A DNA stretch of 64,000 nt from positions 33 through 64,032 of the IMG/VR virus record IMGVR_UViG_3300042519_002516; one strand, 5' to 3'. Of the stretch, positions 55,441-64,000 are shown piece after piece. Source of the stretch: a virus. Its lineage: Duplodnaviria > Caudoviricetes. Within the stretch, counting starts at the first letter, position 1. Each line of letters begins with the position of its first letter. The position numbers and the translations under genes were made by a program. Below the pieces are notes generated by a model that saw nothing but the letters and a program-made list of their open reading frames with translations, searched no databases and was not told the DNA's origin.

Positions 55441-56955
55441 TTAAAAATCATCGACCTCGATTACGTGTCCGATGTTGAACGCCGACGGCGGTGCGCAGGT
55501 GCTCAGCCACAGGACAGGATAGTCGACCGCCGCAAGGCAGCCGACGTCCGGCGAGAGGCCATCCGTCAGGTAGACGAGCACCTCTGGATAGATGCTGCGC
55601 TCCTGTAGGAACGTGAAGGCCGGCTGGAACATCGTCAGGCCGCCGCCCCCCAAGGACTGCGGTGCGAAGTCTCCGGCCTGCAATTCCCTGTAGTCCATCA
55701 CGCGATGCGAGACCGACATAAGGTGCAGCCTATCTGGCTTGAGTTCATCAAGGATAGACTGTGCCTCTTGCAGGAACCGGTCATACGTCGCACGTCCGAT
55801 GGAACCGGAGGAGTCGATTACGAGCACGATGTCTCCGGCCCTCCGGCTCTGGCGTCCGGCGCACACGAGACCGGTGGTGGAGTACACCGGCTGGTTGTGC
55901 GGCCCGTCCCATCCGGCACGCGTAGTCCGCAACAGCCACTCGCGCAGCATGTCCGGCCACCGGAGTGCGGAAGGCCGGACGCGCTGGCCGGCGATGCGCT
56001 GCTGGCCGGTCGTGTCGGTCTCCTCATCCTGTCTCCGGCGTACCTCCTCGGCGAACAGGATGCGGTCATTTGACTGCTCAATCCGGTCGATGATTTCCTG
56101 TGCTTCTTGCTGGTCTCCGGATTCCGGTTCGATGCTATCCGGTGCGCCGGTGCCAACGAAGTCGGAGAGATCGTCGTCACCTCCGGCTGCGGCGTCGGCA
56201 CCATCACCTTCGTCATCGCCGCCGCTGCCACCTTCGTCGGTGTTGTCGGTGTTGTCATCACCTTCGTCGGTGTTGTCGGTGTTGTCGGTGTTGTCATCAC
56301 CTTCGTCGGTGTTGTCATCACCGGCAGCACCTGCGCCTTCGGCATCATCGCCTTCGTCGGTGTCGTCACCTTCGTCGGTGTCGTCACCTTCGTCGGTGTC
56401 GTCAGCCTCCGCCGGCTGCGGTTGTGGCTGCGGTTGTGGCTGCGGTTGTGGCTGCGGTTGCGGCGGCTGTGGGCGCATGAGCTCCTTGTACAGACGCTCT
56501 GCGCTCTTGTCGCCGGAGAGCTGCTCGTCGTACAGCACGCCGTCGATTAACGGAAACACGTCATAGTCGATACGCAGCGTCTGGCGCAGCTCGGCGTTGC
56601 GGTGGGCGATCATCGCGTTGATGATGTAGTCCGCCGCACGGTTGGCGAGGTCGTGATCCGGCAAGCGGGCAAGCCGCCAGCCGTGACCTAAGAGCGCATG
56701 CAGTGCTTCATGCACCAGCAAGAACGCGATCAGTCCGGTGGCGTTCCGCTGGCGGCACAGCTTGTCGATGCCTGCCGGATTGAGTAGCAGCCTCAGGCCG
56801 TCGGTCGCGCCATACGGCACGGCGGTTGACTCGACCCATTGCAGCGACATGAGCTTGCTGTGGGCCAACTGCCAGTGGTTAGCGGTGATCCGCAAGGCCA
56901 CAGCAAGCGGGTGGTCCTTCGGATATTTGCTGGGATCTATTTCGTTTGTATTCAT
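55441..56955 (-). CDS. DUF2201-like metallopeptidase plus VWA domain protein
   Basis: ATDG, LVHEALH, N.AADY.IN, an acidic repeat linker, then the VWA motifs IDSSGS, GGGGLT and YLTDG. Confidence 0.85.
   Translation of the reverse strand: MNTNEIDPSKYPKDHPLAVALRITANHWQLAHSKLMSLQWVESTAVPYGATDGLRLLLNPAGIDKLCRQRNATGLIAFLLVHEALHALLGHGWRLARLPDHDLANRAADYIINAMIAHRNAELRQTLRIDYDVFPLIDGVLYDEQLSGDKSAERLYKELMRPQPPQPQPQPQPQPQPQPQPAEADDTDEGDDTDEGDDTDEGDDAEGAGAAGDDNTDEGDDNTDNTDNTDEGDDNTDNTDEGGSGGDDEGDGADAAAGGDDDLSDFVGTGAPDSIEPESGDQQEAQEIIDRIEQSNDRILFAEEVRRRQDEETDTTGQQRIAGQRVRPSALRWPDMLREWLLRTTRAGWDGPHNQPVYSTTGLVCAGRQSRRAGDIVLVIDSSGSIGRATYDRFLQEAQSILDELKPDRLHLMSVSHRVMDYRELQAGDFAPQSLGGGGLTMFQPAFTFLQERSIYPEVLVYLTDGLSPDVGCLAAVDYPVLWLSTCAPPSAFNIGHVIEVDDF
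56160..56470 (-). repeat. Coding low-complexity repeats: (PQ)n and (DDTDEG)n
   Basis: Tandem GGCTGCGGTTGT and TCACCTTCGTCGGTGTCG units. Confidence 0.9.
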
Positions 56956-56992
56956 ATTTGTTTGTGTAGCTTTGGGTTACTCTTCTGGCTAT

Positions 56993-57367
56993 CTAAGGCG
57001 AGTCGTACCCTCGGTTGTCCTCGAAGTACTCCTCAGGCTCACACTCGACTAACCGCCACCCTATCATGTGGTCTGTTCGCGGGTCGTCTGACCTGCGCAC
57101 CATCAGAACGTCATTGGCGTTGAACCAACTGTCGACGCTCCAACATCCGGCGGCACGATGATACCTCGTACCCGCCCCCTCTAGGCGAAGCGCCGTCTTA
57201 GTAGCGTGCTCGGGATGTTCGAGCCACACGAAGGGCGGCCGATACCCCGCCTTGTCTGGAATGCCCACGACGGCTGCGGCCACATCCCTTCTCTCTGAGT
57301 AGGTTGGCTCATAGATGCCGGACGAACCACACCCCCCACACTGATCATTTCCGCAGCAGTTGCTCAT
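56993..57367 (-). CDS. Hypothetical protein
   Basis: 124 aa with a Cys-rich N-terminus and an ATGA-type overlap with the upstream gene. Confidence 0.6.
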   Translation of the reverse strand: MSNCCGNDQCGGCGSSGIYEPTYSERRDVAAAVVGIPDKAGYRPPFVWLEHPEHATKTALRLEGAGTRYHRAAGCWSVDSWFNANDVLMVRRSDDPRTDHMIGWRLVECEPEEYFEDNRGYDSP

Positions 57368-58278
57368 AGTCCTAAAGCGTCAAGGGTCTTGCCAACCTGA
57401 GCCATTGCCTGCTCCGCTTTGGCGGCGACCACCTCGCGGGTCATCGGATCGCCAGCCTCGCGGTTGGCTGCGGCGGCTTGGGTCAGGCGAACCAGCTCGG
57501 TGATTTCCGGAACGTCGAGGATGTTCAGGTCGGCGACGCGCTTCGCCTCGTCGCGCAGCTTGTCGAACTGCGTGAGGTGCAGCCGCTCAGCGTTGCGCAT
57601 CCGGTCGATGAACTCCTCAAGCGTGTTGCGCAGGTCGTTCACCGGTCCGGCGTGTGCGGCCCGCAGCATCTCGTCGATCTGCCGTTGCGACTCGGCAATG
57701 GTGCGGTTGACCACCTCGTCGGCGAGTCCGGTGAGGACTGATCCGGTGAGGGGAGCCGGCGCGTTGACGATCACGAGGTTCATCGAGAACTTGCTCGCCA
57801 CCTCCGTAGCCGACGGGATCTTCACCTGATCGGCGAAGGCCCCTAACCGCCTGCGCAGCGGGGCAACAATGGAGGCGTAGTCGAGCAGGATCTCAGCTCG
57901 GATCTGATCCAGCTGGTACTGCGCATCGTCGAAGATGTTCTGGATAGCCGGAACATCGGCGACTCGAACATAATACCCTCCGGCCTGACACGGCAGGCAC
58001 AGCCTGCGGATGTTGGTTCCGGTCTGGTTCTGCAACGAGATGGCGCGGCCGACTGCCGTACCTTTCGCGTTGAGGACGGTGTTGTACAGGCGGGCCGCGT
58101 CACGCTGCGCTCCGGCTTCCGCTGCCACCTTCGCGGTGGCGCTGCGGTTGAGCCGGTTGCACGCCGGTGCGGTGGTGCTGTAGTAGGCCATGACAAGGGA
58201 GTTCGCCTTGTCGATCTTCGGCTTCGATGTCTGTGCTTTGGTCTTGGTGCTCATGTTCTTATTTGGTTTGTTGCTCAA
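57364..58278 (-). CDS. DUF3150-like helical protein
   Basis: Located between the AAA ATPase and VWA genes, with GGYYV and LNILD.P motifs. Confidence 0.55.
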   Translation of the reverse strand: MSNKPNKNMSTKTKAQTSKPKIDKANSLVMAYYSTTAPACNRLNRSATAKVAAEAGAQRDAARLYNTVLNAKGTAVGRAISLQNQTGTNIRRLCLPCQAGGYYVRVADVPAIQNIFDDAQYQLDQIRAEILLDYASIVAPLRRRLGAFADQVKIPSATEVASKFSMNLVIVNAPAPLTGSVLTGLADEVVNRTIAESQRQIDEMLRAAHAGPVNDLRNTLEEFIDRMRNAERLHLTQFDKLRDEAKRVADLNILDVPEITELVRLTQAAAANREAGDPMTREVVAAKAEQAMAQVGKTLDALGL

Positions 58279-58430
58279 TGGATTCTGTAATGCAGTTACT
58301 CGATAAGCAGGATAGTGTCAATCGCATTTTCAATCATTCTGCTTAGGTCTTTCGACAGCTTCCGGCTGGCCTTGCGGATAACGCACAAGAGTTGCAGTTT
58401 CATTTGTTGTTCTCTAATTGGTTTGTATTC

Positions 58431-59519
58431 TCAGCCGATTACAAGCACCGCGCCAACCGCAGTCTGGTCGAGCGGGATGCCGCGCCGCACCGCGCTCTGC
58501 GCACCGTACGTTGCGATGTCCCCGTGGCATTGCTGCAACAGGTGCAGCAGCCAGTCGAACCCGCCGGACGCAACCGCCACGCCGGCATCCCGCACGCCTT
58601 TGAGGGCAGTGGCGAGGCAGGCCGACACGAGGGCATACTGCTCAGACCTATCGGCAGGCACCTTGAAGGATGCCGGATTGGCCTTAAGGCTTGCGATGTC
58701 CGGCAGCCGGTCGACGTGTTGGAGGAACGACAGGTACGCCATCGCCGCACGGTCGCCGATGCTGCCTTTGACAAGCTGTCGGTAGGTGCGGTCCTTCGTC
58801 TTGCGGCTGTGTTCCGACAGCGCGACTGCCTCCCATGTTCGAGGACAGGGATGCGGTGCGCCGTCGTACGGCATGACAACCGGAGGGTTGAAGTGGTCGA
58901 CGCCATCGCCGGAGGTCGTGCCGAACTGAAGGAACGCCGGAACGTGTGAGCCGGAAGCAAGGAGCTCCGGCTGCGTATCGTACCAGCTGATCCAGTCGGC
59001 GACGTTGGGCTCAAGCGTGACCTTCACACACCGCTCGGTGAACGGGGCATCCTCCACAGCGGAGCGCGTGCCATCGCTGCGGCGGTTGCCGGTGGCGATG
59101 ATCTGCACGTTGCTGCCCAACTTGTGCGGTCCGACATACCGGCTACCGGAGGCAGGGTACAGGCCGCGAAGCAAAGCTCGCACCGCAGGGTCGTAGTCCG
59201 GCAGCTCATCAAGGACGAGCAGCACCGGCGTATTGCCAACGCGCTTCTCCGTTGGCCAGATGTCCGGCGCTGCGAAGAGCATGTCTCCGTCAGGCTGTGG
59301 GATGCCGTAGCCCAAACATTCCTGCGGGCCTTGGCCGGAGAGGTTCACCAGCCATAGCTGGCGGCCTGTCTTCGCTGCGATGTCGCAGGCAATGCTCGTC
59401 TTGCCCGAACCTCCGGAGCCGGAGATGAACAGGATGCGGTTAGTTGTGAAGGTAGCTTCTGCCAGATCGAGGAGATCGGAAGGGGCTACGGGATTGATGG
59501 AGCTGATGAGTTGGTTCAT
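58431..59519 (-). CDS. MoxR-like AAA+ ATPase
   Basis: GSGGSGKT, LVLDE, IATGN, PCPRTWE. Confidence 0.85.
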   Translation of the reverse strand: MNQLISSINPVAPSDLLDLAEATFTTNRILFISGSGGSGKTSIACDIAAKTGRQLWLVNLSGQGPQECLGYGIPQPDGDMLFAAPDIWPTEKRVGNTPVLLVLDELPDYDPAVRALLRGLYPASGSRYVGPHKLGSNVQIIATGNRRSDGTRSAVEDAPFTERCVKVTLEPNVADWISWYDTQPELLASGSHVPAFLQFGTTSGDGVDHFNPPVVMPYDGAPHPCPRTWEAVALSEHSRKTKDRTYRQLVKGSIGDRAAMAYLSFLQHVDRLPDIASLKANPASFKVPADRSEQYALVSACLATALKGVRDAGVAVASGGFDWLLHLLQQCHGDIATYGAQSAVRRGIPLDQTAVGAVLVIG

Positions 59520-59604
59520 GGTATCCTGTATTTGTTTTTGGTTTGTTTCTGTGTAGCGTTTACGCGTTGGTCTTCGGATGCGCGTACCCCCGTTACATGC
59601 TGTG

Positions 59605-59925
59605 TCAGATAGCGAGAGCGTCCTTCACGGCATCCTCGTTGCGCTCGGACCTGCCGATGTAAATCGGCGTACCGTAAGGTCGGCCTTCAGCGTCGACCGG
59701 ACGGTATCCCTCGGTGCCGATAAACTTGCTCTCGTCAGGCAGGTAGTACAGCCAGACCCCCTCTGTCTTTTCGCCGTAGCCCTTCGCGCCGATGGTCGTG
59801 CGCCTGCCGCTGGAGTTGAGGTCGAGCTTGGCGAGTGCCTCCCAAGGAGTAGCGGCGGTAGCCCAGCCGAGATAGTTGACTGCGAAGTAGGCAGCCCCGA
59901 CGTTGTTGATGTGGTTATTGGTCAT
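59605..59925 (-). CDS. Hypothetical protein
   Basis: 106 aa, preceded by the hairpin motif and an A/C-rich leader. Confidence 0.7.
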   Translation of the reverse strand: MTNNHINNVGAAYFAVNYLGWATAATPWEALAKLDLNSSGRRTTIGAKGYGEKTEGVWLYYLPDESKFIGTEGYRPVDAEGRPYGTPIYIGRSERNEDAVKDALAI

Positions 59926-59970
59926 TTGTTTTGGTTTCTGGTTTCTGGTTTCTGTCTAGGGGACTAGACT

Positions 59971-60750
59971 CTATTGGCACCCTTGGGAGATCCAATGGTT
60001 GCACCGGCGAACGTAGAACTCGATCAGGCCATCCGTTAAGGAACCTCGGGGGTAAATGCACCACACGATAAACTCACTGGTGGGGTACTTAATACTAAAC
60101 ACAACATCCCCATCGCCGTCGAGCGAAGCCAAAAGCCGGTAGCCGTCATACAGCTCGGCGACTAGGACATAGTCAGTAAGCTGCCGCATAACCTCATCCG
60201 CAGTCCTAACCGTCGCAGCATCCTCCGGCAGCCCCATCTTGCGGCGCACCCACCGGCTTGCGGTTTCGGTTGCTTCGTTGAGTTTGGCTTCGGTGAGATC
60301 CGACCACCGGCCATCTAAGAACGAGTACTCTACATCCCCGTCGGCGTTGACGATCTTCAACTCGGCAAAGGCCCCACACGCGGAGGACTTCACTACTAGG
60401 TAGTGCTCATCGGGGAAGACGGCGACTATCACAGTTGGTCGCTCGCATAAGTGGGGTAGCTTGTTGGCATCCGGATAGTCGGTTCTTGCTGGGTGTTTCA
60501 TGGTGTTTGTTTCTACTGTTTGGTTTGGTTGTTCGGTCCAGAGGTTAAGCGTCTTGAGAAACGCCTCTGCTGCCTGTTCCGCAGAGTAGTGCTTGGGCAA
60601 CCTGCTTGTGTAATCAGACCACTGATCCCTACTCAGCAACTTCTCCGCCTCATGCATCGCGTTGAGGTCGTTAAGGTAGTCGGGGTAGTGACCGCTCATG
60701 CTCCACCCGCACGCTTCCGCGATGGCGAGTTGTTGTTGTTCTTTGTCCAT
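59971..60750 (-). CDS. NinX-like paralog 3, fused in frame to a downstream hypothetical gene (internal ATG 60501)
   Basis: ...AEAFLKTLNLWTEQ-PNQTVETNT-MKHP...: the linker is the translated leader repeat. Confidence 0.7.
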   Translation of the reverse strand: MDKEQQQLAIAEACGWSMSGHYPDYLNDLNAMHEAEKLLSRDQWSDYTSRLPKHYSAEQAAEAFLKTLNLWTEQPNQTVETNTMKHPARTDYPDANKLPHLCERPTVIVAVFPDEHYLVVKSSACGAFAELKIVNADGDVEYSFLDGRWSDLTEAKLNEATETASRWVRRKMGLPEDAATVRTADEVMRQLTDYVLVAELYDGYRLLASLDGDGDVVFSIKYPTSEFIVWCIYPRGSLTDGLIEFYVRRCNHWISQGCQ

Positions 60751-60777
60751 AGTGTTCATCTCTACTGTTTGGTTTGG

Positions 60778-61113
60778 TTATTGTTCGGCCCATAGGTTAA
60801 GCGTCTTGAGAAACGCTTCGGCGCGCTGTGCTGCGGTGGCGTAGATCGGATCTCCACCAGTGAGAGTACTCAGGATGGACTCGTAGACGTACGAATACAC
60901 CTGACCATTCCGCTTGTTCGGTTTGTTCCGGATGACCTTCTCCGCTTCATGCATCGCGTTGAGGTCGTTGAGGTAGTCGGGTATCTGCCCGCAGATCTGG
61001 TTGCACCTGACCCCGTCGATGACCACCGACCTTGTTTTGAAGCCTCGTCTGGCGTCTTCCTCAGACCACCCGCACGCTTCCGCGATGGCGATTCGTTGTT
61101 GGTCTTTATCCAT
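60778..61113 (-). CDS. NinX-like paralog 2
   Basis: Same three conserved blocks as 19707-20111. Confidence 0.8.
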   Translation of the reverse strand: MDKDQQRIAIAEACGWSEEDARRGFKTRSVVIDGVRCNQICGQIPDYLNDLNAMHEAEKVIRNKPNKRNGQVYSYVYESILSTLTGGDPIYATAAQRAEAFLKTLNLWAEQ

Positions 61114-61177
61114 AGTGTTTGTCTCTACTGTTTGGTTTGGTTACTACTTATTACGGTTTGGGTCAAGACTAAATAAT

Positions 61178-62413
61178 TCAGTTCTTATTCGGCAAGGCAT
61201 CGGCGATGTCGACAACCTTCGACAGGTCGAACGTCTGCACGGCATCGTCCTCCGCTTCGAAGTCAACGTCGTCACGATCAAGCAGGCCTACTGCATCATC
61301 GCCGTCGCCGTCGCCATCACCGTCGTCAGCATCCTCGCGGTATTCGGTATCGTCCTCCGCAGCTGCGGCGTTGTCGCACTCCCACAACAGCTCACGCAGG
61401 GCGCGGGTGTCGTAGAAGTCCAAGCCGTCGGCGTATCGGTCGAAGCCCTCAAGCTCAAGCTCCTCGATCAGGCCCTCACGGTATCCGGTAGAAGGATACC
61501 CTCCGGCCGGAACCGTGACCACCGTCGGCGGGTTGAGGCCGTCGCTGTCACCGTCGCCATCGAGCAGGTCGTCGAGAGCGGACCAGTCGTCGCCGTAAAC
61601 CTTAGCCTTGCCGGTATACTTCGGATACCATGTGCTGTCCGGTGTGTGGCTCCAGCGGATGTGGCCTAAGGCGTTCGCCGCCTGCAACGCCACCGCACAG
61701 GCAACCGACAACTCCGCCAGCTTGACGATCTCGGTATGCATGTGGGGGTTATGGTAGCCGGAGCTGATGTTGACCATCGAGACATCCAGCCCTCGGTGGG
61801 CGAGCTCGCCGACGTCGGTGATGCTGCCGACCGCCTGCTTGTGGCCGCAGGCTACGCATGCAGGCAGGCTGAGCATCTCGGCAAGGAACTCATCCGACGC
61901 ACAGCACATCCCGTTGGTCTCGCGGATGATGTCAAACGTGCGGTTGTTGCGGTCGGCTTGCAGCACGAAGGCGGCATGGGCAAACCATTCCAGAGGCACG
62001 ACGCCGGAGCCTAGGCACCCGACCTCCTCGTCGCGGACGAAGACGGCGGTGACATGATCCAGCCTGTGCAGCATCTCAAGCGCAAGGTAGATCCCGCACT
62101 TGTCGTCGCCGCCGACTCCTGTCTGCGCATCGTTGCCGTCCCATGCGGACAGCGTGTTGTCCTTGCTGATGGTCAGCGACATGAACGGCACGTAGTCATG
62201 CACCTGATCCATGTGGGCTAGGTAGTAGGGATGCGGGCCGGATGCCGGTCCTTTGCGGATCAGCATGTTGCCACCGTTGCGGACGACGGTCACGTTGTCG
62301 CCGGCAGGGGCTAGCGATTCGATCACATCCATTGCCGCATTGTTGCAAGCCCTGTTGCGTGAGGGGTTCTGGATCGCAAAGGTAGCAAGCAGCATTCTCT
62401 TATTCAGTTTCAT
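61178..62413 (-). CDS. M28/M20-clan zinc peptidase-like protein with an acidic tail
   Basis: LAHMDQV, GGDDKCG, DEEVGC, QADR, TDV, SGYHNPH. Likely start ATG 62413. Confidence 0.8.
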   Translation of the reverse strand: MKLNKRMLLATFAIQNPSRNRACNNAAMDVIESLAPAGDNVTVVRNGGNMLIRKGPASGPHPYYLAHMDQVHDYVPFMSLTISKDNTLSAWDGNDAQTGVGGDDKCGIYLALEMLHRLDHVTAVFVRDEEVGCLGSGVVPLEWFAHAAFVLQADRNNRTFDIIRETNGMCCASDEFLAEMLSLPACVACGHKQAVGSITDVGELAHRGLDVSMVNISSGYHNPHMHTEIVKLAELSVACAVALQAANALGHIRWSHTPDSTWYPKYTGKAKVYGDDWSALDDLLDGDGDSDGLNPPTVVTVPAGGYPSTGYREGLIEELELEGFDRYADGLDFYDTRALRELLWECDNAAAAEDDTEYREDADDGDGDGDGDDAVGLLDRDDVDFEAEDDAVQTFDLSKVVDIADALPNKN

Positions 62414-62462
62414 AATATTCGTATTAGGGTTGTTCGTGTTTGGTTCGGGTTGTCTAGGGGGA

Positions 62463-63998
62463 CTAGACAGCTGCGGTTTCTTCTTCGGTCGTCTCATTTT
62501 CGTTCTCGTCTTCAGCTTCCACTTCACTCTGAAGGTGCCATTCGCCTTCAATCTCAACAGCGTCGTCGGCAAGCGCCCACCGGCCATCATGCAGCTCGAC
62601 GCAATCCTCACGCAGAGCGTAGGTGTCGTCGTGCAGCGGCTCGCAGTCTCCGGATAGGGCGTAGCCGCCGTCGTGCAGCTCTGCTGTTTCGTCGATGTGG
62701 GCATAGTCTCCGTTGTGCAGCTCGACGGCATCTTCCGTCAGGATATACAGACCGTCGTGCGCTTCGATGGCGTCATCACAATAGGCCCACGGGTTGCCGG
62801 AGTAGTGACCGCCGTCCAACCGCACACAGTCCTCGGCGACCTCAGGTTCTCCGTTGCGGGTGTAGACCACCTCGTCGTCCGGATAATACTCGTCTACACG
62901 CTCGACGTAGGATGCGTCGTCGCGGTGGATGCGGTCGCCGGCTGCGGTGGTAACGTAGTTGTCATCGTCATCCTCATCATCCTCAGCGCATCCACCGGAC
63001 CAACCGCCGCCGGTGTTGCGGAGTTCGCCGAACACCGACACGTCCTTCGGATGCTGGTTGCGCAGCTTCTTGTCGGAGCAGAAGATACACATGCTGTCGA
63101 CATACGGGAAGGCACCGAAGTAGGAGGGGCTCACGCCGACCTCAATGCTTATCCGCTTGTGCTCAAGTCCGGTAGCATCTGAGGTCCGACCGAACACCGT
63201 CTTCGTGATGTTGTTGGCGGCACAGAAGTCCTTGTAGGCCTGAACCGCAGCCGGCTTCCATGAACCGTGAGACTCCGGAACGTAAAGCCGATCCAGATAC
63301 AGGTCATCCGGATTGGAACCTTTCCAGCAGAGCGCCCGACCGAGGAACACACCGGCACCGTTCTTCAGCAGGACCATGGTCAGCTTTCCGGCACGTTGCA
63401 GGTAGTCATACAACTCGAAGTAGCGCGTCGGCTTGCCGGACATGCAGGACGAGTAGCGATCCTCGTTGTCGTCGTGATACACGGTGCTGATCGGCGTGCT
63501 GTCAGGCAGCCACTCGCAGACGTAGGTCTCGGCGGCGAGCCGACTCTGGATGCGGGCCAGCATGTCGTTGGACACCTCGGTTGTCAGCGGGGCGTAGCCG
63601 AAGCACGCAAGCCAGTTGTTCAGCGAGCCGACAAGGCGGGCCGGCACCGTCCACCGGCTGTCCTCGGCATTGAAGTTGTGGTAGGAGGAGTCTCTTGTTT
63701 CGACGTATCGGACTCCGGATTCCGGTTTGAGTTCAAACGGGAGCTTGATGCCGGAGCTATCGACGTAGGTCTTGAGGGTCTCAAGGCTAACGATCTTCGG
63801 ATTAAGCGAGCCGGAGTTGTGGTGCAGAACATCTGGCAACTCCGGCACCGTAATGGCAATGCGGGTGCCTCGGTAATCGAGGACGACAGGCCAGTGTTTG
63901 AGGTTTAGAAGCAACTCGTGCTCGTAGTCGAACCTACAGTCCAAAGGAAAGCTGGCAAGTCCGGTTGCCAGCTCATACCGGAGGAACCCGTTAGTCCT
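62463..63998 (-). CDS. Hypothetical protein (SCM / GRAL.W / DRLY / PY.D family) with C-terminal 14-aa acidic repeats, 5' end beyond the window
   Basis: The frame is open to the window end. About seven D.VELH.G.YA repeats. The stop TAG lies inside the hairpin motif. Confidence 0.75.
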   Translation of the reverse strand, partial: RTNGFLRYELATGLASFPLDCRFDYEHELLLNLKHWPVVLDYRGTRIAITVPELPDVLHHNSGSLNPKIVSLETLKTYVDSSGIKLPFELKPESGVRYVETRDSSYHNFNAEDSRWTVPARLVGSLNNWLACFGYAPLTTEVSNDMLARIQSRLAAETYVCEWLPDSTPISTVYHDDNEDRYSSCMSGKPTRYFELYDYLQRAGKLTMVLLKNGAGVFLGRALCWKGSNPDDLYLDRLYVPESHGSWKPAAVQAYKDFCAANNITKTVFGRTSDATGLEHKRISIEVGVSPSYFGAFPYVDSMCIFCSDKKLRNQHPKDVSVFGELRNTGGGWSGGCAEDDEDDDDNYVTTAAGDRIHRDDASYVERVDEYYPDDEVVYTRNGEPEVAEDCVRLDGGHYSGNPWAYCDDAIEAHDGLYILTEDAVELHNGDYAHIDETAELHDGGYALSGDCEPLHDDTYALREDCVELHDGRWALADDAVEIEGEWHLQSEVEAEDENENETTEEETAAV

Positions 63999-64000
63999 GC

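Larger units (their letters stand above)
59954..62468. repeat. Hairpin motif GTCTAG-N4/5-CTAGAC, right cluster (2 copies)
   Basis: Copies at 59954-59969 and 62452-62468. Confidence 0.95.

Noticed and set aside
59971-61113. Diversity-generating retroelement TR/VR pair
   Set aside because: No reverse transcriptase is present, and the differences are block replacements rather than adenine-specific substitutions.
1-64000. Window ends joining into one gene (both terminal minus-strand ORFs are open and would be in frame if the window were circular)
   Set aside because: This has a one-in-three chance of occurring by coincidence, there is no terminal overlap, and the window length is arbitrary. Flanking sequence is needed.
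1-64000. Prophage, lysogeny module or alternative genetic code
   Set aside because: No integrase, att site or host genes were recognised, and the genes translate full length with the standard code using all three stop codons.

Overview
A large part, probably most, of a GC-rich dsDNA tailed phage genome with podovirus-like organisation. No integrase, repressor cassette or host genes were recognised. Layout: leftward early/accessory genes at both ends of the window (1-4.1 kb and 54-64 kb); a rightward virion module (portal, scaffold, major capsid, lysis and tail genes, 5.3-19.7 kb); a leftward replication module (RNA ligase, primase-helicase, family A DNA polymerase with a mini-intein, SSB-like protein, Cas4-like nuclease, SF2 helicase, DUF5664, tRNA-CAT, RuvC-like resolvase, TerS-like protein, 19.7-35.5 kb); a rightward large terminase; and putative ejection proteins ending in a 3946-aa polyvalent protein (35.5-54 kb). 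The most striking feature is the terminase intein. Its middle has no in-frame endonuclease. Instead an intact HTH-HTH-HNH homing endonuclease is encoded on the opposite strand, with its own candidate promoter. Other notable signals: a 122-bp AT-rich element with 25-bp perfect inverted arms present twice, 33.4 kb apart; nine GTCTAG-N4/5-CTAGAC hairpins restricted to the early regions; a >552-codon modular ORF missed by the ORF track; an RNA ligase gene flanked by direct repeats; near-leaderless sigma70-type promoters; and apparent CCNGG avoidance except in the tail-fibre region. All protein calls come from motifs read by eye, and no database search was run.
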